Shown: positions 1-6,658, counted from the stretch's first letter. The stretch is DNA of 13,342 bases from Candidatus Micrarchaeia archaeon (GCA_049970015.1 JBMFNT010000021.1:1-13342); one strand, 5' to 3'. Numbers and translations are program-made. The notes: generated by a model not told the origin, from the sequence alone.

Positions 1-233
1 CATTTTCGCTGTGCGAAAATGAATGCATCGTTCGGCCTAGCCGAACGCATGTGCCTAAGAAAGCTGCACCAAAGAAGTTTGGGATTCCTGACTCCCCCTC
101 TCAATAAATGGGGAAGACAACCAGTAGGGAAGGATCCTACTTCTCTCCTCTATATACCTCCTCACTTAGAGGGGGTTATGAGGGTAGAGGGAGAGAAGGG
201 GGATACTTCCCCCTTCTTCTCTTCTATTGAAAA
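1..233 (+). other. Long structured sequence upstream of the tRNA-Ala 3' exon; probably the distal part of a tRNA intron (5' exon outside the window)
   Basis: Perfect hairpins at 1-21 (9 bp), 29-47 (8 bp), 123-141 (6 bp) and 194-217 (10 bp). It ends TGAA-AA|A, which fits the 3' strand of a bulge-helix-bulge for a 37/38 intron. No tRNA 5' half is found in 1-233. Confidence 0.55.
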
Positions 234-269
234 AGGCGGAGGCTCCGGGTTCGAATCCCGGCGAGTCCA
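234..269 (+). tRNA. tRNA-Ala 3' exon (positions 38-73)
   Basis: A-GGCGG-AGGCT-CCGGG-TTCGAAT-CCCGG-CGAGTCC-A: anticodon stem 3' strand, short variable loop, perfect T-arm, acceptor 3' strand with U70 (Ala G3:U70 determinant) and discriminator A. CCA is not encoded. The anticodon is not visible, so Ala is inferred from the acceptor strand. Confidence 0.85.
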
Positions 270-325
270 TTCTTTATCATACACTGCTAACCATTAGTTT
301 TGGAGTAGTTATATGAAAAATTAAG

Positions 326-430
326 TGCCGCAGGGCGGATTTTCACAAAGGGTAGGCACAAGTGCCTTTTATTTGAACCACCGACACCACGGTCTTCAGC
401 CGTGTGCTCTCCCAACTGAGCTACTGCGGC
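326..430 (-). tRNA. tRNA-Phe(GAA) with a 32-nt intron in the T-loop (59/60; intron 340-371)
   Basis: Minus strand: GCCGCAG TA GCTC AGTTGGGA GAGC A CACGG CT GAA GA CCGTG GTGTC GGTGG TTCAAA [32 nt] T CCGCC CTGCGGC A. All four stems pair; 105 nt = 73 + 32. Confidence 0.95.
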
Positions 431-443
431 ACGTCTATTCCTG

Positions 444-490
444 GTGACATGCTCCCACCATTAAAAGGTGTGGGCTTCTTGCTTCACATT
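444..490 (-). mobile_element. IS200/IS605-family right-end / TnpB omega-RNA 3'-like remnant, no transposase or TnpB ORF
   Basis: Minus strand GTGAAGCAAGAAGCCCACACCTTTTAATGGTGGGAGCATGTCAC: a GAAGC.GAAGCCC lead-in, a subterminal hairpin and a terminal GTCAC, resembling my recollection of tnpB-element right ends. It may extend to about 545 (GTGAG..CTCAC hairpin at 523-540). Confidence 0.55.
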
Positions 491-555
491 TCTTGTGTTC
501 ACTCTTATCCCACAGCTCCCACGTGAGATTTCTCGCTCACAAAAGGTTAAACATT

Positions 556-738
556 CTACATATGCTCAAATTTTTTCATCTTGCGGCCGTCTCCAAAGCA
601 TGTCTTGCATATGACCACTCGCGTGATTTTCTCGACATTCTTGGAAGCGTGTTCACATCCCCTGCATACCATTTTCTCACAGAATGTGCATTTCTCAAGG
701 AAATGTGCTTCCTGACCACATCTCTCGCATCTCAACAT
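556..738 (-). CDS. Small Cys-rich zinc-finger protein (60 aa)
   Basis: Four CxxC motifs (CERC, CTFC, CRGC, CKTC). ATG at 738 is preceded by an RBS-like GAGGGA. Confidence 0.8.
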   Translation of the reverse strand: MLRCERCGQEAHFLEKCTFCEKMVCRGCEHASKNVEKITRVVICKTCFGDGRKMKKFEHM

Positions 739-775
739 CAAGTATCCCTCCTACTGTGTGGTATTTGGACTGTTA

Positions 776-815
776 AATTATTATAAATTAATACTGCAAA
801 TTACTAGAGAGGAGG
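776..815. promoter_or_regulatory. TATA-like element in the divergent intergenic region, plus the RBS of the GS-like gene
   Basis: TTATAAAT at 781-788 between divergent genes; GGAGG at 811-815 before ATG 823. Confidence 0.5.
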
Positions 816-822
816 TTTTTAT

Positions 823-2100
823 ATGGACCCAATAAAAATAATTGAGCGAATACATAGTGAAAGGTATAGATGGCTGGATGTGCAATATACAGACTTCCTT
901 GGTTTCTTCAAGCATATAACAATACCTGCAAGCAGCCTGGATGTTGATTCCTTTAAAGATGGTACAATAAATATTAGTTATGATACGATGTTTTATGACA
1001 CTGGTGATTATTTATCCCTCATCCCAGACCCAAACACATTCTCAGTAATCCCGTGGGAACCCAGCACGGTGCGACTCATTGCACACACAAACTCACCAAA
1101 CGACCCACGCAACATACTTGCAGCCATGAGCGAGAACTCAAAAAAGAACAAACTTGCTTTTGAGCTGGGCTCCGAGACAGACTTTTATCTTATGGACTCA
1201 CTTGTTACAGATAACTCACGGTTCAGTTATGGTGCATTCTTTGATTCGCGGGAGATATCGATGAGCCAATACACAGGAATTCTGGAGCATGGGATGCGAA
1301 AGAACCAAACAATGAATGCAGACCTTGGAAAAGCATTAAGGTTGCAGGTTGGTGATTATGCAGAACTTGTAGATGTCCGCATAGGTGCGATGCATCATGA
1401 GAAGGGAAGAATGCAACATGAAATATCTCTCCTTCCTTCAAATCCAATCAAGGCAGCTGATGATTTTATCACACTGAAATATCTCACAAAGAATGCTGCA
1501 ATGCTGGTGGGGGCAATTGCAACGTTTGCACCAAAAGTATCAAACGATGAGCCAATGAACGAAATGCACATAAGCGTAAGCTGCTGGAAAGGTGATGAGA
1601 ACATATTCCTTGACATGAGCGGAGAGCCATTAACCAGTACTGGCTACCATTTCCTTGCAGGCATTGCTGATCATATACCTGCGCTGAGCGCATTCCTGCT
1701 TCCATCAACCCTCTCATATAAGGATATGTTGTATACTGAACAGATAGGAGTGCTCAATAACATAGTACGCATACCACCCGCAATAAAAGGGGAGGTAGAC
1801 AAGCGGGTTGAGTACAGGTTTGCTGACCCTTCGCTCAACCCATACTTGGGATATGCTGTGCTTCTTGCCGCTGGAATGGATGGCATAAATAAGAAAACTG
1901 ATTTTGATGATAAGAGAAATATAACTGTCCCACACTCGCTCACTGAATCGCTGAGCTCGCTGTTGAGTGACCACGATTTCCTCAGGGGAGTACTGAGTGA
2001 TGATGTGCTCAATGCGTACATTGACTTGAAAGAAAAGGAGGTCAAGGAAATTTCATCAAAAGTAAGCGGGTATGAGATTACAAGATACCAAAACATTTGA
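823..2100 (+). CDS. glnA: Glutamine synthetase type I-fold protein with a divergent active site
   Basis: GS motifs: DVQYTDFLG, LIPDPNTF..IPW, DPRNIL, HHE...QHEI, ATFAPK, RVEYRFADPSLNPYL, AAGMDGI, PHSLTESL. Several catalytic motifs are altered (see findings), so the symbol denotes family, not proven function. Confidence 0.85.
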   Translation: MDPIKIIERIHSERYRWLDVQYTDFLGFFKHITIPASSLDVDSFKDGTINISYDTMFYDTGDYLSLIPDPNTFSVIPWEPSTVRLIAHTNSPNDPRNILAAMSENSKKNKLAFELGSETDFYLMDSLVTDNSRFSYGAFFDSREISMSQYTGILEHGMRKNQTMNADLGKALRLQVGDYAELVDVRIGAMHHEKGRMQHEISLLPSNPIKAADDFITLKYLTKNAAMLVGAIATFAPKVSNDEPMNEMHISVSCWKGDENIFLDMSGEPLTSTGYHFLAGIADHIPALSAFLLPSTLSYKDMLYTEQIGVLNNIVRIPPAIKGEVDKRVEYRFADPSLNPYLGYAVLLAAGMDGINKKTDFDDKRNITVPHSLTESLSSLLSDHDFLRGVLSDDVLNAYIDLKEKEVKEISSKVSGYEITRYQNI

Positions 2101-2146
2101 TTTATATTATTTATGTTTCACTATATACGCATAGGAGGTGTATTGT

Positions 2147-2557
2147 ATGGAGTTTGCAGGAGTTAGGCTGAATTATGTTGAAGCAAAAAGGGATAAGGAT
2201 TCACTGATAAGTGGAATAAATATAAACATAAATATAGAGGATGTCAAATCTGCCAAAGAAAACCTCATGATAGATTTTACATATTCAGTAAGTTATGCTG
2301 AAGATGTTGGGCATCTTAAGGTTTCAGGTACTGTCTATGCAAAAGATACCATTACGAACGTGAAGAAGGTTGAGGATGGATGGAGGATGGAGAAAAGACT
2401 GCCAAATGAGATTGCACAACCACTGCTAAACCTGATAAACTTCAGTGCAGGTGTGAATGGTGTGTTTGTGGCACGGGCAGTCAACCTTGCACCACCGCTT
2501 ATCCCTCCAAGAATAGAGATAACTACTAAAGGTGGTGCTGCCACAACAGGTGCATAA
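2147..2557 (+). CDS. Conserved archaeal hypothetical protein, possibly SecB-like fold
   Basis: Strong RBS GGAGGTG (2134-2140) favours ATG 2147. Beta-strand-like N-terminal half, then a helix and a C-terminal NLAPPLIPP motif reminiscent of SecB-like proteins. Confidence 0.7.
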   Translation: MEFAGVRLNYVEAKRDKDSLISGINININIEDVKSAKENLMIDFTYSVSYAEDVGHLKVSGTVYAKDTITNVKKVEDGWRMEKRLPNEIAQPLLNLINFSAGVNGVFVARAVNLAPPLIPPRIEITTKGGAATTGA

Positions 2558-2605
2558 TTTTTGGTCCATAATTCATACTCTCACTTTTTCTTTGTTTAGT
2601 ATATA

Positions 2606-3481
2606 TCACAAAATAAGGCCAAGCAAGTATGCAAACATATAGCCCATCAGTGTCCCAAGGATTATTGGGGGAAGGGCGGGTAGGAATGCCTTTTTCCTAA
2701 GCACATAACTAAACACGAGCGCAAGTGAACATGCTGAAAACACAGATATGAATATGAATGCGGCCACTGCCGCCCCTATGTTATAAACCAGCATCTCTTT
2801 AAAAACTATGAGTGTAAACGTGAGAGGTATTGCAATGTCTCCAGTGCCTAGCTCAAGCCTCTCAACACGTTCCTCTATAACTTCCTTTAGCTTACCGCCT
2901 TTTGTCTTCACCATAACCCTCTCAGCAACCTTCTCCTGTGATGATATGGAAAATGACATATTGCGTTTACTAAATTCCCTGGCAAAGGTAATCATATGCT
3001 GTGTCACAAACACTGCAATGAAATCGTAAACACACATTACAACAAGGAAAATGATTGCTTCATAAAAACCAAGGAACATTGCAAACATAATGGCAACGCC
3101 CGTGCTTGAAGCTACTGCAGTTATGTTCTTTATACTTGGATTGAAAAATTTGAACGTTGAAAGGGCTAACGCAAGCACTATTGCAATCAGCTCATTGTAC
3201 CCCAAATAGAAGCCAAATCCATAGAATACTACAAATGATGCAGCTACTACCATAAAAAAGTCCATAATCTTGTAGAGCAATAGCTCATCAAAGAGCTTTG
3301 TAATAATAAGCAGAATTATAACTGTGAATATTAGTCCAAGTATTATGAAGAATATGTCATCAATACCAAACCCTTCTACTTCCACCCCACTTAATCCACT
3401 CAGAAAAACATATCCAACAACAACCCCTAAAATATGGGCCGAGATAAAGAGACTCATGAGTGATAGTATATTCTTGATCAC
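2606..3481 (-). CDS. Presenilin/signal peptide peptidase-family (A22, GxGD) intramembrane aspartyl protease
   Basis: Multiple hydrophobic segments; catalytic YD (VYDFIAVF), LGTGD and PAL (LPALPP) motifs. Confidence 0.92.
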   Translation of the reverse strand: MIKNILSLMSLFISAHILGVVVGYVFLSGLSGVEVEGFGIDDIFFIILGLIFTVIILLIITKLFDELLLYKIMDFFMVVAASFVVFYGFGFYLGYNELIAIVLALALSTFKFFNPSIKNITAVASSTGVAIMFAMFLGFYEAIIFLVVMCVYDFIAVFVTQHMITFAREFSKRNMSFSISSQEKVAERVMVKTKGGKLKEVIEERVERLELGTGDIAIPLTFTLIVFKEMLVYNIGAAVAAFIFISVFSACSLALVFSYVLRKKAFLPALPPIILGTLMGYMFAYLLGLIL

Positions 3482-3524
3482 GCCATCATTTCTGCTGTAA
3501 ATTATTTAACTCTCTCATCTACTG

Positions 3525-5546
3525 CTACTTCTTGTCAAGCAGTTTAACATAACCTGCTTTTGGCCTGTATATCTCGCCATTCTCCAAAAGCTTGTCTATT
3601 ATCCTTGTTGCTTCACTGTCATCTATGTTGTACTCACGCGCAGCACTCTTTATTTCATTGATATCTATCATATCATACTTGTTTGACAGCTCGCGTATTA
3701 TGTTGATTATAAGAGCAAACCTCTCTGTGCGCGCCTTCGGTTGCCCCGTAGCAATTATGTCTATATCGAGCTTTCCGGTAGTTGTATCCATTGCAATCTG
3801 CCTGAGAGAATAGTCAAACAGCCTTATTGCCACTTCCGCATCCGTAGCTTCAACAAAACTGCTAAGCCTTGCCTTAGCTGCGGCCTCACTCAACCGTATC
3901 ATACCCTCTATCTGCCTTGCGGTTATGGGTACTGATCCCTGGTGCTTCCCAACCTTTCTCATCTCAACATAATAAGAAGATATCTTATCCATTGCCTCTT
4001 TAGTAAGCACTGGTGATACGTTCTTGCGGGCATAAGCAATATATTTCCTGAGCAAATCCTTATCAATCGGCCCACCCTCCTTCTTCTCATCCATCCCTGA
4101 TGCATGTGAGGCTAATATGTGCCTTGCCATCTCCTTATCCTTCTCCTCATCAAGCACATCAAATATTGGAAATATTAGGTCAAACCTGGAAAGAAGTGTT
4201 GGTGGTATGTCAAACTGGTCCGCAGGGTACTGGTTTACATTAAACCTGCCATACTTTGGGTTTGCGGCTGCTATAATTGATGTTTGCGTCTTGAACCGGG
4301 CAACTATGCCTGCCTTGGCCACACTAACGGATTGCAGCTCCATAGCCTCATGAAGCGCAGCACGCTCCTTATCATCTATCTTGTCAAACTCATCAACACC
4401 ACATATGCCACCGCTTGCAAGCACAAGCGCACCTGCCTTTAATACCCAGCCACCATCACCCAACTCATCTTTTTCTGCTGATGCAGTAAGACCGACACCT
4501 GAAACTGTTTTACCACTTACATACATGCTCTTTGGCGCAATCTCCATGACATACTGCAAAAGTTTTGATTTTGCAGCACCGGGATCACCTATGAGCAAAA
4601 TGTGTATATCGCTCCTTATAGGGATGTTTCCAGATAATGTCTTGTTTCGTGTACCACCAAATAACTGCAAGGCTATTGCCTCTTTTATCTTTTCATGGCC
4701 GTATATCCCAGATGCAAGCGAATCTGCAATTTTCTTTATTATGTGTGGGTCTTTTGAAAGTTCGCGTATCTTCTTCTCCTCTTCCTCGCTTATCTCTATC
4801 TGCTCAAACTCTTTCTGCATCTTCTCAATGCTGACAACATCCAAGTATTTTGTATAGATGTTACTGTCGCTCTTCCCCTTCTGTGGCGGCCGTATCCTAA
4901 GGATTGCTGTTATCGATACATTATCACCTGGGTTGACAGTGTTAACAAGGTCATCCTCAAGCATCATTACTATATGACTTGCCTGTGCGCCACCCCTCAG
5001 GCGCTCGAGCAACTCCTGTATCTCACACCTCTGTATATCAACAAAGTATGACTCTTCTTCAGAAAAGTCAATACGCTTCTTGCATACCTCACATAATGTC
5101 ATGGGCCGCGTATTCTTTGAGACGATTATCTTATATGTAGCACCACAGTTTGAACACTTGTAAAAGGCCATCTTAACTTTTGGCATTATCTCTGTCCTCT
5201 TTGTTATAACCCCTTCAATGCGTATCAGCTTGTCTATGTGTGCAGCCCCAATATCCTGCACAAGAAGCCCCATATCAGGAAGGTTGAAAAACCTTGCGTG
5301 CGGTTCATAACCATACTTTTTCTCAAGGCCGCACCTGAGCAGTGCCTCATCAGCTGCAGAGATCACCTTATCAGGTTCTGTCAGTAGCATATCTGCAATC
5401 TCGGAATTCCATCTCGAAAGCTCATTGTAGTCAATGTAAAGGCTGCGCATCTGCGGAAACTTCGATTTAATCTTTGCAATCTCAGGACCATAGATAGTGT
5501 TAAGAAATTCTTCAAGCTCGTTCAGCAGCCCCTCATCAGGATTCAT
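3525..5546 (-). CDS. mcm: Replicative helicase MCM
   Basis: Zn finger CSNC..CEVC, Walker A GDPGAAKS, Walker B VDEFDK, AAANPKYGRF, Arg finger LSRFDLIF, ITARQ and a C-terminal winged helix. No intein. Start is probably ATG 5546 (MNPDEG); the ORF is open to 5570. Confidence 0.97.
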   Translation of the reverse strand: MNPDEGLLNELEEFLNTIYGPEIAKIKSKFPQMRSLYIDYNELSRWNSEIADMLLTEPDKVISAADEALLRCGLEKKYGYEPHARFFNLPDMGLLVQDIGAAHIDKLIRIEGVITKRTEIMPKVKMAFYKCSNCGATYKIIVSKNTRPMTLCEVCKKRIDFSEEESYFVDIQRCEIQELLERLRGGAQASHIVMMLEDDLVNTVNPGDNVSITAILRIRPPQKGKSDSNIYTKYLDVVSIEKMQKEFEQIEISEEEEKKIRELSKDPHIIKKIADSLASGIYGHEKIKEAIALQLFGGTRNKTLSGNIPIRSDIHILLIGDPGAAKSKLLQYVMEIAPKSMYVSGKTVSGVGLTASAEKDELGDGGWVLKAGALVLASGGICGVDEFDKIDDKERAALHEAMELQSVSVAKAGIVARFKTQTSIIAAANPKYGRFNVNQYPADQFDIPPTLLSRFDLIFPIFDVLDEEKDKEMARHILASHASGMDEKKEGGPIDKDLLRKYIAYARKNVSPVLTKEAMDKISSYYVEMRKVGKHQGSVPITARQIEGMIRLSEAAAKARLSSFVEATDAEVAIRLFDYSLRQIAMDTTTGKLDIDIIATGQPKARTERFALIINIIRELSNKYDMIDINEIKSAAREYNIDDSEATRIIDKLLENGEIYRPKAGYVKLLDKK

Positions 5547-5570
5547 GAATAGCTTTTTGAAAAAAATCAT

Positions 5571-5763
5571 TTTTATTTGTTTTCTGTGTACATGTCCTAT
5601 TCTGAAAAAAATGCATGCAGATTAAGGCGAATTTTTTGTATGCTGTATTTGTGAGAATGTAGAACGGACTAAAAGCGAAAATGAGCGTTTAAAACATATT
5701 TTACGGAAAATCAAGCAAAGTTTTGGGGTAGTTTCTTTTTTATGCATTTGTAAAGGCTAAGCA
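5571..5763. promoter_or_regulatory. AT-rich non-coding flank of the CRISPR array (candidate leader and/or mcm promoter region)
   Basis: About 190 bp with no listed ORF and many A/T runs, abutting repeat 1. The other side of the array has only 11 nt before a stop codon. Confidence 0.5.
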
Positions 5764-6092
5764 GTTGCATCTCACTCTTTGTCTATTCTGGCTCTGCAAG
5801 TGTTGGAAGCAGCAGAGATGGGGCAATATGAAAAGGGTTGCATCTCACTCTTTGTCTATTCTGGCTCTGCAAGCTTTACTATTCCATGATGGAGCATTTT
5901 TACCACTCCAGTTGTATCTCACTCTTTGTCTATTCGGGCTCTGCAAGTTTACATTTTTTTCTTCATTCATTTCATCACCTCAAGTTGCATCTCACTCTTT
6001 GTCTATTCTGGCTCTGCAAGGGTTTATAAATATATCGTTAATACAAAAAGATTTAGTTGCATCTCACTCTTTGTCTATTCGGGCTCTGCAAG
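5764..6092 (-). CRISPR. Mini CRISPR array, 5 repeats (37 bp) and 4 spacers (36, 37, 36, 35 bp), Cas14/Cas12f (type V-F)-like repeat, no adjacent cas genes
   Basis: Plus-strand repeat GTTGCATCTCACTCTTTGTCTATTC(T/G)GGCTCTGCAAG at 5764-5800, 5837-5873, 5911-5947, 5984-6020 and 6056-6092, with unique spacers. Strand is assigned only by analogy: the reverse complement ends ATGCAAC like the Cas14a crRNA repeat. Confidence 0.97.
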
Positions 6093-6103
6093 AAGAGAGT
6101 ATG

Positions 6104-6658
6104 TCAGCGTTTTTTAATGTACTTTGCAGGTATCCCTCCCCATACCTCGTATGATGGAACAGGCTTGTTCACAAGGCTATGGGCCGCAATCACGCTATGA
6201 CTGCCAATCGTAACATTCCGCAGAACAACCACATGCGACCCTAGCCATACATCATCACCAATCACTATTTTTCCATCTGTATGGCCCTGTTCACGTATGG
6301 GAATGCTTCTATTGGCGTAAATGTGATTAGCATCTCGCAATACACAATATGGCCCAATCAACACATTGTCTCCAATGGTTATTTCATTGGTTGCACTAAT
6401 AAACACACCTCTGTTAAAAGAGCAATTCTTGCCTATGGAAACGTGTTCAGGGCATTCGATAAAGAAACCACTACCACTAAAAAAATAACCACCACATTTT
6501 TTTAGCCTTAATCGATAATAAGCATAGCGGATATAACTTCCCAGTGGAGGTTCCAATGGCGTGATAAAAGAAAGTATCACATTGTTCAATACAATACATA
6601 TGTATTTGATGATTTTCTTCAGAACCATATTCATCACACAAGCTGGTTCGGAACACAT
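6104..6658 (-). CDS. Hexapeptide-repeat (left-handed beta-helix) O-acetyltransferase, maltose/galactoside acetyltransferase-like
   Basis: VSIGKN, ITIGDNVLIGPY, ANH, IVIGDDVWLGSHVVVLRNVTIG, WGGIPAK. ATG directly follows the aIF2-gamma stop; the true start may be a few codons later. Confidence 0.9.
   Translation of the reverse strand: MCSEPACVMNMVLKKIIKYICIVLNNVILSFITPLEPPLGSYIRYAYYRLRLKKCGGYFFSGSGFFIECPEHVSIGKNCSFNRGVFISATNEITIGDNVLIGPYCVLRDANHIYANRSIPIREQGHTDGKIVIGDDVWLGSHVVVLRNVTIGSHSVIAAHSLVNKPVPSYEVWGGIPAKYIKKR

Noticed and set aside
1..233. Group I intron or C/D-box sRNA as the identity of the tRNA insert
   Set aside because: There is no terminal G at the exon junction and no recognisable group I core. 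One CTGA is present but no RTGATGA C box in the visible part.
19..297. 92-aa ORF on the plus strand
   Set aside because: It runs through the hairpin-rich region and the tRNA 3' exon and has no protein-like motifs; spurious.
433..506. Short matches to the CRISPR repeat near tRNA-Phe (GTCTATTC at 433-440, TCACTCTT at 499-506) as a possible anti-repeat
   Set aside because: 8-nt matches to a 37-nt query are expected several times by chance in 13 kb, and the two are not arranged as a tracrRNA duplex.
3525..5546. Intein in MCM
   Set aside because: The length (about 673 aa) and contiguous Walker A/B motifs leave no room for one.
5593..5604. TGTCCTATTCTG resembling part of the repeat (degenerate repeat or tracrRNA)
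   Set aside because: It needs a gap, the flanks do not match, and I see no Cas12f tracrRNA-like stem-loops in 5571-5763.
5765..6154. Three overlapping ORFs (129, 63 and 63 aa) with repeated peptides
   Set aside because: They are translations of the CRISPR repeats.
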